A DNA stretch of 64,000 nucleotides from contig DAHWIJ010000015.1 in NCBI GenBank assembly GCA_027345195.1, positions 64,375-128,374 of the forward strand, given 5' to 3'. This stretch comes from Thermoplasmatales archaeon (GTDB lineage: Archaea > Thermoplasmatota > Thermoplasmata > Thermoplasmatales > GCA-001856825). A program made the translations under genes and the position numbers. Shown piece by piece: positions 1 to 9,325 of this stretch. The notes under the pieces were generated by a model that saw only the letters and a program-made list of their open reading frames with translations, was not told the origin of the DNA and did not search any database. Position 1 is the first letter of the stretch. Every line of letters starts with the position of its first letter.

Positions 1-10
1 CAGGGATACT

Positions 11-1381
11 ATGATTAAATCCGGCCCTCTCTTCATAAAACTCGGGCAGCTTCTCTCTTCCAGGAGGGATGTGGTTCCGGAGGAGTACATAGAAGTTCTG
101 ACCGACCTCCAGGACCAGGTTCCTATGCCGCCGTTCGAGCCCGTTAAAGAATTGCTTGAATCAGAAATCGGGAAATTATCTGAAAAATTCGAGTATTTTG
201 ATGAAACAGGATTGTCCGGTGCCAGCCTTGGACTCGTGTACAGGGCAAGATACAATGGGAAGGAAGTCGCAGTAAAGGTAAACCGCCCAAATATCAGGGA
301 AACAATAAGGAGAGACAAGGACAAGGTAATAGCATTTGTATCTCTTCTTGAACGGTTCACCGGCAAAACGTTTTCGCTTTCTGCGTTCACTGAACAGTTC
401 CTATCCAGTCTCGAGTCAGAACTTGACTATAAAAGGGAAGCAGAGTCGATCGAGATAATGCGGAGGAAGATAGAGGAGCTGGAACTGGAAATGGATGTGA
501 TTGTTCCCAAGGTGTATTCCGAAGTATCCACATCAAAGGTGCTGGTTATGGAATACGTAGATTTCATCAAAATAACGAATACCGAGGAACTGGAAAGAAA
601 CGGCGCAAATCTTTCAAAGATTGCTAGAGTGATAGACCAGCTTTTCCTGAGGCTCGCATTGCGCGAGGGGAGGTTTCATGCAGACCCCCATCCTGGAAAT
701 CTGGGATGGAGAAGGGACAACAAACTGGTCTTGCTGGATTATGGAATGACGTCCGAACTTCCGGAGGACCTCAGGGACAAACTCCTTATGGGCTACTATT
801 ACCTTTCCAATCTAGACGCAAGACATCTTCTGGGGGTACTTGTAGATATTGACCTCGTCGACCCGCTGGCAGACAGAGCGTTCATGGAACAGGTGCTTAA
901 CACGATTTTTAAGGACCTAAGAGGACAGGAGATCAGTAGTTTCGAATACGAGGAACTTGTTCAAAAAGCGAACTCGGTGCTTTTCAGGTTTCCATTCAGG
1001 CTTCCTTACAACCTAGCGCTTTTCGCGAGAATGTCCGTCATCCTCGAAGGAGTGTGCAAAACTCTCGACAAAAACTTCAATTTTATCCTAGTGGTTGCAG
1101 ATATAATGAAAGAGGAGAAGGCTGGGTACAAGATCTTAAAGAAAAGAATCCTGGAACTTCCCAACAGAATCCAGAAATTAGTCACCGACTACCTGAGCAT
1201 ACCGGAACTTATAAGGAACTTGAACAGACCCCAACCCAAGAAGAAAGAACCAAATTACCCTGCAGCAATAGTGGCCTCTGGTTTACTCGTGTCAGGTGCG
1301 ATAGTAATAAGTAGCACCATCTACGGCCTGCTGCTCTTCGCGGGCGGTGCAATACTTGCGGGGATTTCTTTCAAAGGTTAA
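11..1381 (+). CDS. ABC1/UbiB (AarF) family atypical protein kinase; the true start may lie upstream of the window
   Basis: GPLFIKLGQLLS, ASLGLVY, VAVKV, ELDY, FHADPHPGN and LLDYGM motifs; C-terminal TM helices. Confidence 0.9.
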   Translation: MIKSGPLFIKLGQLLSSRRDVVPEEYIEVLTDLQDQVPMPPFEPVKELLESEIGKLSEKFEYFDETGLSGASLGLVYRARYNGKEVAVKVNRPNIRETIRRDKDKVIAFVSLLERFTGKTFSLSAFTEQFLSSLESELDYKREAESIEIMRRKIEELELEMDVIVPKVYSEVSTSKVLVMEYVDFIKITNTEELERNGANLSKIARVIDQLFLRLALREGRFHADPHPGNLGWRRDNKLVLLDYGMTSELPEDLRDKLLMGYYYLSNLDARHLLGVLVDIDLVDPLADRAFMEQVLNTIFKDLRGQEISSFEYEELVQKANSVLFRFPFRLPYNLALFARMSVILEGVCKTLDKNFNFILVVADIMKEEKAGYKILKKRILELPNRIQKLVTDYLSIPELIRNLNRPQPKKKEPNYPAAIVASGLLVSGAIVISSTIYGLLLFAGGAILAGISFKG

Positions 1382-1743
1382 CTGATAGGAACCGTTTTTA
1401 CTTCCTTCCTCTTGACAGATATCTCCAGGACCCCATCTGTCAGGGAAGCCTTTACTGAATCGGGTTCAAATTCACTGCTGATCCTGATGAACTTGGAGAA
1501 TTCCTCTACTCTTTCTTCGTATATTAGTTTCCCCTCTATTTTCTTCTCCCTTTCACCTGAAACTTTGAGTCCTCCTTTGGTGCTGAGGATCTTCACTTTT
1601 TCTTTCTTGAATCCGGGAAGGTCAAGGTAAATGTGTATCTCATCCCCATCCTCCGAAATATCGATAGGTGGGTAGAATACCTCTGAAATCGTCTTGATTC
1701 TCTGGCCGGCCTTCTTGACTACTCCTTCAATTCCTATCTGCAT
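1378..1743 (-). CDS. Small heat-shock protein (Hsp20/alpha-crystallin)
   Basis: PPIDISE, LDLPG, VSGER and ASLTDGVLEISV motifs. Confidence 0.9.
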   Translation of the reverse strand: MQIGIEGVVKKAGQRIKTISEVFYPPIDISEDGDEIHIYLDLPGFKKEKVKILSTKGGLKVSGEREKKIEGKLIYEERVEEFSKFIRISSEFEPDSVKASLTDGVLEISVKRKEVKTVPIS

Positions 1744-1797
1744 GATAATAAAGACCGGCTGGACATATAAGGATTTTGTTTCACGCTGGTTAAAGAC

Positions 1798-3123
1798 TCA
1801 TACGAGAAGTTTTGAGATTTCCCTCTCCCGCGTCTCTATCCACTCCGCGTTCCTTGAACTCAGGTAAATCCTGATCGCCGGCTCCGTTCCAGATTTCCTT
1901 ATGAGGATGAAACTGTCATTCTCCACCAGTCGCAATCCATCAATCTCGTCTGCCTTCATCCTGGGGTAGAGCTCCCTTAGGCGAGCCTTGATCAATTCGA
2001 AATCTGACCTGTTCTTCACTTTTATCCTCTTAAGCTTGTAATCAGGCAAAGATTTTACCAATTTTGAAAGGTCTTCCCCTCTTGTTGCAACTAGATCGAG
2101 GGCGAGAGCGACGGATAGCCCTCCGTCACCCGCGTTGAGATAGTGAGGTAGTATGACTTTACCGTTCTCCTCCCCACCCATGATTCCCTTTGCTTCCTTC
2201 AGTACCTCTGAAACTACGGGTGAGCCCACCGGCGTCCGGATTACTTTTACCCCGTGTTTTTCTGCTATCCTGTCTATAAGGAAGCTCGAGGCTACAGGGA
2301 ATACCAGGTCACCCTTCCTTTTTTCAAGAATATGGTCCGCAATCAGCGCAACAAACTTGTCGCCATCCACCAGTTCGCCCCTCTCGTCGAGAAACACGGC
2401 ACGATCCCCGTCCCCGTCATGTGCCACAGACATGTTAAAACCTCCCGCCCCTGCAAATGAGATGAGATATCCAATGTTCTCCTCAGTGGGCTCTGGCTCC
2501 CTTCCCGGGAAAAAACCGTCTGAATTTGCATTGACGCTAACGTATTCAGTCCCCAGCATATGAAGCAGCTTAGGGGTTGTGACATGGGTTGTGGAGTTGG
2601 CGCAATCAACAAGAATCCTAAAGCGTCTTTTCGAAATCCCCTCTCTATCTACATTCTTGATTATCTCTGCGAGATAAGGCTCGACAGCCTCCTTAGAAAC
2701 GGAAACCCCTACTGCATTCCACTTTGATTTCCTGAAATCTCCGCGTAATAACAGACCTTCTATCTTGGATTCCTCTTCCTTTCCAGGATTTGTCCCGTCC
2801 CTGTCTATCACTTTGAAACCGTTGAAATCCGGAGGATTGTGAGATGCTGTTATCATCACACCTGGGATTCCGTTGATCTTACAGTATATCTGTGCTGCAG
2901 GAGTTGGTATCATGCCGAGGTCATCTACTTGCTTTCCAGTATTGAGGAGACCTGCCTCGACCACATTTTTAAGTATGGGAGAGGTTGTTCTGTTGTCGTA
3001 TGCTAGGGCGACTTCTCGGTCATCGTAATAGGTCCCAACGGCCATACCCAGCTTATAACCGAGCTCGGGGGTTATACTCTCATTCAAAACTCCCCTAATA
3101 CCGTTCGTCCCGAATAGAGGCAT
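1798..3123 (-). CDS. Phosphohexomutase (phosphoglucosamine mutase / PGM-PMM)
   Basis: LFGTNGIRG, ITASHNP (catalytic Ser), HDGDGDR metal loop, GGEENG, IRKSGTEP. Confidence 0.92.
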   Translation of the reverse strand: MPLFGTNGIRGVLNESITPELGYKLGMAVGTYYDDREVALAYDNRTTSPILKNVVEAGLLNTGKQVDDLGMIPTPAAQIYCKINGIPGVMITASHNPPDFNGFKVIDRDGTNPGKEEESKIEGLLLRGDFRKSKWNAVGVSVSKEAVEPYLAEIIKNVDREGISKRRFRILVDCANSTTHVTTPKLLHMLGTEYVSVNANSDGFFPGREPEPTEENIGYLISFAGAGGFNMSVAHDGDGDRAVFLDERGELVDGDKFVALIADHILEKRKGDLVFPVASSFLIDRIAEKHGVKVIRTPVGSPVVSEVLKEAKGIMGGEENGKVILPHYLNAGDGGLSVALALDLVATRGEDLSKLVKSLPDYKLKRIKVKNRSDFELIKARLRELYPRMKADEIDGLRLVENDSFILIRKSGTEPAIRIYLSSRNAEWIETREREISKLLV

Positions 3124-3187
3124 CGTACGTCATTGGAAGGTGAATACTAATATTTTACTTAGACGTACGTTTCTTGAATTCTGGGCA

Positions 3188-4252
3188 CTAAACCCTGATC
3201 GGTTCAATTTTAGACCCACTTGACGTGTTGATCTCATCGATCCTGATGGTCCTGTTGGTTAGGTTGTAGTAATCTCTTATCACATTATCTGTAATCCTTC
3301 TCTGTTGCTCAGAATCAGCGAACACTAAAACAGAACCAGAATACTCACTTACATTGAAGATGTAATTGGAAACCTTGTACTTTTCGATAAATTTGGCTAT
3401 TGTCTTCTGGGAATCGGAAAGGACACCAAGATTATAACCTAAAGATTTGGAATACTCGGAAGCAGCTGAAATGAAGGATGCAATATCGTTCTTTCTAAAC
3501 GATTCCATTGCCAGTTCAAACATTTTCTCTTCTAAATCAATATGGTTCCTTATGCCGACGAACGGGAATGAAAGGGAAGATGTGCTCCTGTTCCTCATGT
3601 TAGCATCCTTGAATTTCCGGAAGTTCCTCTGGAAATTGAGAAAGTTGTGGTTTGTCTCCAGAGAATTTTCCGATATCAGTATCAGCGAGTATGGCTCGAA
3701 GCTGATAGGCTCGTTGCTGTAATTGTGGGAGATTTTATCATAAATCAGGATGTTCCCTTCTTTCCCTATCCTTCTAGTTGCAGTTTCGTGAGAATAGTTC
3801 TCCCCCTTGATCTTGTCCTGTATCTCAGAGCTAATTTGTACTAACTCAGAGGTGCTGAGATTGATTCCATTGACCTGGGCAAATGACTCTACGACAAGGT
3901 CCACGAATGCAGAATAGTAGCCTAGCGACAGGTTGTACCTGAGCTGTTCGTCTGCAAGTATGTAGGGCGAGAATGTCCACCCCCTCTGCAAGGCTATGTT
4001 CATCATCATAACTAGGGGGTCGTACCAAGCGTTGGTCAATCTGGAAGCTTTTGGCGGGAGGTCAATGAAGTTAGTGCCCTTCCACCTGACAGTCTCATTC
4101 TTCCGGACAAGGGAATGAATAGAGAGGGAAAGAGGAAATGATATAACCTTCCTTAAAGTTGAAACAGATGGAAGCCCGAATATTGTACAAATACCCGCCT
4201 CCGAGATTCTGAAGCCTCCAGAAAAGGAATTAACAACTTCTTCGTCAAACAT
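3188..4252 (-). CDS. Divergent galactokinase-like (GHMP fold) protein with degenerate catalytic motifs
   Basis: Co-linear by eye with GalK (GKEGNILIYD; RNHIDLEEKMFELAMESFRKNDIASF; SKSLGYNLGV; YSGSVLVFAD), but lacks GEHxDY, PxxxGLSSS, MDQ and GxGxGG. Confidence 0.6.
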   Translation of the reverse strand: MFDEEVVNSFSGGFRISEAGICTIFGLPSVSTLRKVISFPLSLSIHSLVRKNETVRWKGTNFIDLPPKASRLTNAWYDPLVMMMNIALQRGWTFSPYILADEQLRYNLSLGYYSAFVDLVVESFAQVNGINLSTSELVQISSEIQDKIKGENYSHETATRRIGKEGNILIYDKISHNYSNEPISFEPYSLILISENSLETNHNFLNFQRNFRKFKDANMRNRSTSSLSFPFVGIRNHIDLEEKMFELAMESFRKNDIASFISAASEYSKSLGYNLGVLSDSQKTIAKFIEKYKVSNYIFNVSEYSGSVLVFADSEQQRRITDNVIRDYYNLTNRTIRIDEINTSSGSKIEPIRV

Positions 4253-4286
4253 TATTTGACAAATATTTTAAACATAAAAGTTTTCT

Positions 4287-4718
4287 TTGTCCATGATTGT
4301 TTCTGACGGCACTATACTGGATCTCATCCAGTCGGGCACACTGTCAATTGAGCCATTCAATCAGGAAAAACTCACTCCAAACGGATATGACTTCAGTATA
4401 TCGGAGGGGGTATTCCTCAAACCAGGCGAGGGTGCCCAGGTGGAGACAGTGGAAGCTGTTTCCATACCCGGTTTCATAGGTGCGATGATGTTCCTCAGGT
4501 CTTCCTATGCCAGAAGAGGAGTGGTAGCGAGCTTTGGTTTTGTTGATGCAGGATTCAGAGGAAAGATCAGGTTCTATATCAAGAATCTGGGAAACGAAAC
4601 AGTTGAGATAGTTAAGGAAAAAGGGGTATTTCAGATGATTTTCCTCAACATGGATAGGGAAGCTCTGAAAACTTATGAAATGAGGTCCGGTCACTATCAA
4701 AATCAGGGATTGAAGTGA
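4287..4718 (+). CDS. Trimeric dUTPase/dCTP-deaminase family protein, probably a dUTPase
   Basis: PNGYDF, RSSYARRG, GFVDAGFRG and C-terminal SGHYQNQ; no Glu at the dCTP-deaminase catalytic position (KIRFYIKN). Confidence 0.8.
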   Translation: MSMIVSDGTILDLIQSGTLSIEPFNQEKLTPNGYDFSISEGVFLKPGEGAQVETVEAVSIPGFIGAMMFLRSSYARRGVVASFGFVDAGFRGKIRFYIKNLGNETVEIVKEKGVFQMIFLNMDREALKTYEMRSGHYQNQGLK

Positions 4719-4805
4719 AAGTGTTCCTTCACACGCTCTGAGTAAAACCATGGTTGTCTCCTTATCTGCGTTCCTCTACCGTTTCCTAAGTAAGGTGTTA
4801 CGGGT

Positions 4806-5582
4806 TTGGGTTTACTAAAGCTCATTAAGTACCCGGGATCAAAGAACGCGCTAATACCCCACATTAACAACATATACAGGAAATCAGGATGTGACATTTT
4901 TGTCGATGTTTTTGGAGGATCGGGGACCGTGTTACTGAATACTCCCACGCACCAATCAGTATTCAATGACCTGAACGAGGAAATCACTAACCTTTTCAAA
5001 TCCATCAAGACCAATCCGGAAGAATTCTATGACCTTATACAGAAATTTACTAGCACAAGAAGAGCGTTCCGAGAATACGGTAGAAGTTCCCGTTCAATTT
5101 ACTCCCCAAAACTTACTGGTTGGGAGTCTGCCTTCCTCACATTCTACAGGTTTAACACTGGATTTGGGGGGATGGGGAGCACTTATCAAACAACAAAGGA
5201 GAAAGCCAGCTATTCCTTCGTAAAGAAGGTCGAGGCCAATTTTAAACTAATTTCAGGTAAAGTTTCTGGTTGGACTATTGAGAATTTGGATTTCCGACTG
5301 CTGTTCAGGAAATATGACAGGGAGGACGTTTTCTTTTATTTTGATCCACCGTATCAAGGAAAAAAATGGTATGAATTTGGTTTTGAACTTCGTGACGTTA
5401 TGGATTTGAAGCAAATATTCTCGGAAATGAAGGGGAAGTATGTTCTCAACGTTGATTACTCCGATCTAACCTACAGGGAATTGCTCGGTGACCCAGACTT
5501 CATTGTAAGTAACTTGAATCAAAATAGGCTGAAGGCCTCAACCCCACAGTTTCGTAATTACTCATTCTATTCCAACATTTAG
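4806..5582 (+). CDS. Dam-family (alpha-class) N6-adenine DNA methyltransferase, orphan
   Basis: KYPGSK, DVFGGSG (motif I), NDLN, IENLDF, YFDPPY (motif IV); TTG start. Confidence 0.9.
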   Translation: MGLLKLIKYPGSKNALIPHINNIYRKSGCDIFVDVFGGSGTVLLNTPTHQSVFNDLNEEITNLFKSIKTNPEEFYDLIQKFTSTRRAFREYGRSSRSIYSPKLTGWESAFLTFYRFNTGFGGMGSTYQTTKEKASYSFVKKVEANFKLISGKVSGWTIENLDFRLLFRKYDREDVFFYFDPPYQGKKWYEFGFELRDVMDLKQIFSEMKGKYVLNVDYSDLTYRELLGDPDFIVSNLNQNRLKASTPQFRNYSFYSNI

Positions 5583-6030
5583 AGCTTTTCTATTATGTTA
5601 CAGCACATCAGAAAGGATATGCTACATTTTTCGTTTAAAGGTAGGAGCAATGGGTAATTTTGAAGTCATCTTAATGTCCAGGGGCATCAAACATATATTT
5701 CGGTGTGAAAGGGCACCTCGGTTCTTTTTGCCCGTCTGGTACAATCTTTAAGATATCTCCTCCTTGATTCCATCCCATTATGTTTTGCTGTAGGGCTTCA
5801 GGGTCGCGTTATCATGACCTCCCAAAGACATGTGAACGCATATCTTTGCCTCACTCGCGAAATTCTCTGCAGGTTCGTATTCTCGATGAATTTTATCTTG
5901 CTCAAATCTTCTGTCTGCAATCTTCTTTCACTGATTATTTTGACTTCCATTTTGGAGGGATTCTGGTGTGGCTTAATTCAATTGTCTTTTGCCGCTTAAA
6001 ATCTATCATGCATTAAACCCATTCTGCATA

Positions 6031-6103
6031 TGCAGGTGCCGGGATTTGAACCCGGGCTAAAGGCTTGGAAGGCCTTTGTGCTACCAGGCTACACAACACC
6101 TGC
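6031..6103 (-). tRNA. tRNA-Gly (TCC)
   Basis: Reverse complement GCAGGTG...AAGGC-CT-TCC-AA-GCCTT...GGTTCAAATCC...CACCTGCA folds into a cloverleaf; no encoded CCA. Confidence 0.95.
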
Positions 6104-6289
6104 TCTCGCATTTCCTGAATGGTAGCAATTTAATTAAGTCTTCGCAATTTGTAATTCCCAAGTGAACAAATACGTCATGCAATGAAAATGAGAATTCTCT
6201 CGGCAGGGTCTTACCATTTCCAAAGTCTCCTATTTCCTCCCTTTCCAATATCCGGAAACTAGTTATAATTTCCAGAAATTATCAGATAA

Positions 6290-6808
6290 ATGAGGAAAAA
6301 CCTGGTGATGGTGGGGCTGGTAATCTTAGTGGTTGGAATCATCATTGCTGCCGTTTCAGCAGTGGAACTGAACCAATTGGAATCTACCTCCATTAAGGGA
6401 GCAAGCAACGCCATGTTCGTAGGCCAAAATGGTGAATACCATTCTGAACTTCTTAACGTGTCCTCGGAGCAGGTGGTTTTCTTAGTTTCAAACGTTCACG
6501 CCTACCTAATCCCATCTGCTGACCTGAATACAGTAAATTCTGGCAACATCGGCAACTACGCTGTCACTCCAACTGTCCAGCAGGGAAACATTTCGACATT
6601 TTCTGGTATATCTGGAGAGTTCTACGTTGTTACATTCGCGAATAGCATGCCATCTGTATCATATGCAGTAATAGCCGGAGGAATCGCGCGACTGGCGGTT
6701 ACCGGTCTCCTTCTCATTATAGGTGTACTGCTCATAATTATAGGAGCGATTATAGCGGTGATTGGAGCGGTCTTGAAACCGAAGAACATACCTAAATACC
6801 AGTTCTAA
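6290..6808 (+). CDS. Hypothetical membrane protein (N- and C-terminal TM segments around a soluble beta-rich domain)
   Basis: Hydrophobic ends; 172-aa ORF filling the gap. Confidence 0.7.
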   Translation: MRKNLVMVGLVILVVGIIIAAVSAVELNQLESTSIKGASNAMFVGQNGEYHSELLNVSSEQVVFLVSNVHAYLIPSADLNTVNSGNIGNYAVTPTVQQGNISTFSGISGEFYVVTFANSMPSVSYAVIAGGIARLAVTGLLLIIGVLLIIIGAIIAVIGAVLKPKNIPKYQF

Positions 6809-6879
6809 GAACCACATTCCCCTTGAAATATAATGCGTAGGATCTATCCTGAGGTAATGGACCACGGAACCTTTATATT

Positions 6880-9003
6880 TTGTTGATGATTGGTAGAGTG
6901 ATGAGGGAATACTTCAGGGACGACGAGATACGGTCCTTCTGGAATAAGCTTCTGGAATTGAAAACAGAAGACATCTCAAGGATCAATTCCATTGATTCGA
7001 AGGACAAAACGTTGCATATCAGCTATGAGGAAATGGATCGCATAGACATGAACTTCGCCCTCCTTTTCTTAAAGTATCCCGAGGAATATCTTTCATTTTT
7101 GAAGGAGGTACTATACGGGCGAGGAGAGGGGGACCAGAGGCAGGAAGGCCTCCTATCCGAAGATTTCAAGTCCAGGAAAGACTCGAGGGTGAGAATTTCC
7201 ATATCATCCAAGCTCCCCGATATCAAGAGAAACATCAGGGAACTGAGAAGCGAGGACCTGAATACTTTCCTGCAGGTTGAAGGGGTAGTGAAGAGGGTTT
7301 CAGAAGTCGTCCCAACGATTATTAATGCAGCATTCCAGTGCGGCTACTGCAAGGAGGTCAATCTATATCCGCAGAACGGTAATAGGATACTAGAACCGTT
7401 CAGGTGCGAGCACTGTGGAAAACCGAAGGAAGAAGTGAAGTTCAAGTTTATCCCGGAGAGATCGACGTATTACGATACCCAGATCATTACCATAGAGGAG
7501 AAGCCAGAGTTCCTGAGGGGAGCGGCACAGCCAGCCAGACTGGTTGTCCACCTGGAGGACGAACTGTGTGGAAAAAATAATCCTGGTGACAGGGTGTCAA
7601 TAAATGGAATACTCAAGGGAAAGCAGAAATCACAAGGTACCCAGAGCCTCTCCAGGCAGTTCGACATATACCTCCAGGCTATGTACGTTGAAAGGGAATC
7701 GTCGGAATATGAAGAAGTGATGCTAGAGGAACAGGACATTAAGTCCATAAAGAAGGCTGCGAAGGACCCGGAAATTTACTCCAAGCTTGTTGGCAGCATC
7801 GCACCAGCTGTATTCGGTAACGAGATAGTAAAAGAAGCAATAATTCTCCAGCTCTTTGGAGGGGAAAGGAAAGCTTTCGAGGATGGGTCATATATAAGGG
7901 GGGACATTCACATCCTCCTGTTCGGAGACCCAGGAGTGGCCAAGAGCCAATTGCTTACATATGCTGCAAACATCGCACCCAAGTCCGTATACACATCAGG
8001 GAAGGGAAGTTCTGCAGCTGGCCTGACTGCGGCAGCAGTCAAAGATGATCTATCAGAGGGAAGGTGGACACTTGAGGCTGGGACGCTGGTTTTAGCAGAT
8101 GGCGGTCTTGCAGCGGTTGACGAACTCGACAAGATGGATAAGGAGGACAGCGGGGCCATGCATCAAGCAATGGAGCAGCAGACAGTCTCTATCTCAAAGG
8201 CGGGCATAAATGCGACGCTGATGTCTAGATGTGCCGTGCTGGGGGCAGCAAACCCAAAATTCGGGAGGTATGACGAAAACGAGCCATTCCCGACACAGAC
8301 TGAGTTTCCAGCCACTCTCCTCTCAAGATTTGACCTGATATTTGTTATAGTAGATAGGCCGGGGAAGGTGGACAATGACATGGCAGACTACATTCTTAAG
8401 GTGCACAAGGCAGGAGAAAGCATAGCCAGCGGAAGGGGTGCTGAAAAGACTCAGATATACCCGGTATTTGAGAGGGATTTCCTGAAGAAATACATAGTAT
8501 ATGCAAGGAAGACCTGCTTCCCGATGCTTTCTCCGAGGGCCAGCGAGATGATAAAGAAATTCTATGTCGACAAGAGGGCTTCAACAGCCAAGCAGGGAAC
8601 AGTCTCCATCACCCCGCGTCAACTGGAGGCCCTTGTGAGGCTGTCGGAAGCTTCGGCAAGGGTAAGACTCTCTGACAGAGTGGACGAACAGGACGTAGAG
8701 AGAGCGGAGAGACTGATGGAATCATTCCTGAATCAGACAACCGTAGTAAATGGAATACCAGATGTTGACATAATTCTCACCGGGTATGCCCAAAGGGACA
8801 GAAAGGCAGCATTTTCCCTCACGGATATCATAAGAAGACTCATGGACGGAAGTCCGAACAGGTGGGCATCCAAGAGCGACATAATCGAAGAGGCAAAGAA
8901 GGCAGGGGTCGACCAGAGTCAGGTGGAAAGGACGCTTGAGATGATGAGCAAGAACGGTACTGTTATCAAAGGAAACAACGACCAATCATACCGCCTCACT
9001 TGA
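6880..9003 (+). CDS. mcm: MCM replicative helicase (start possibly at ATG 6901)
   Basis: Zn motif CxxC...CxxC, GDPGVAKSQ, VDELDKM, LLSRFDL, ITPRQLE; C-terminal winged helix. Confidence 0.97.
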   Translation: MLMIGRVMREYFRDDEIRSFWNKLLELKTEDISRINSIDSKDKTLHISYEEMDRIDMNFALLFLKYPEEYLSFLKEVLYGRGEGDQRQEGLLSEDFKSRKDSRVRISISSKLPDIKRNIRELRSEDLNTFLQVEGVVKRVSEVVPTIINAAFQCGYCKEVNLYPQNGNRILEPFRCEHCGKPKEEVKFKFIPERSTYYDTQIITIEEKPEFLRGAAQPARLVVHLEDELCGKNNPGDRVSINGILKGKQKSQGTQSLSRQFDIYLQAMYVERESSEYEEVMLEEQDIKSIKKAAKDPEIYSKLVGSIAPAVFGNEIVKEAIILQLFGGERKAFEDGSYIRGDIHILLFGDPGVAKSQLLTYAANIAPKSVYTSGKGSSAAGLTAAAVKDDLSEGRWTLEAGTLVLADGGLAAVDELDKMDKEDSGAMHQAMEQQTVSISKAGINATLMSRCAVLGAANPKFGRYDENEPFPTQTEFPATLLSRFDLIFVIVDRPGKVDNDMADYILKVHKAGESIASGRGAEKTQIYPVFERDFLKKYIVYARKTCFPMLSPRASEMIKKFYVDKRASTAKQGTVSITPRQLEALVRLSEASARVRLSDRVDEQDVERAERLMESFLNQTTVVNGIPDVDIILTGYAQRDRKAAFSLTDIIRRLMDGSPNRWASKSDIIEEAKKAGVDQSQVERTLEMMSKNGTVIKGNNDQSYRLT

Positions 9004-9022
9004 GAACTGGAAAAGAAGGAAG

Positions 9023-9325
9023 ATGACCTTGATATGGACACGACTTTATAGAACTCCAACAGACACCCTGCTTGCTGCGGCTGATGAGGATCTCCTAGGC
9101 AAGGAACTCAGGGAGGGGAAGTTCAGGCTGAAGGTATCCGAGAACTTTTACAAAGACATCCTGGTTGAAGAACAAGCGCTCGAGGGTCTCCTTTCCCTCT
9201 GCACGATAGCCAACCTAGTAGGAGAGAGGTCCGTAGGAATCGCAATGGACTCAGGGTACATTTCTAGGGAGAACGTGATATACATCCAAGGGATACCTCA
9301 TGCACAATTCACGACAATGGAATGA
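9023..9325 (+). CDS. DUF424 family protein
   Basis: LLAAADEDLLGK, VSENFY, IANLVG, IQGIPHAQ. Confidence 0.85.
   Translation: MTLIWTRLYRTPTDTLLAAADEDLLGKELREGKFRLKVSENFYKDILVEEQALEGLLSLCTIANLVGERSVGIAMDSGYISRENVIYIQGIPHAQFTTME

Noticed and set aside
6816..6838. TTCCCCTTGAAAT mini-ORB-like sequence upstream of mcm
   Set aside because: Single degenerate copy without a G-string
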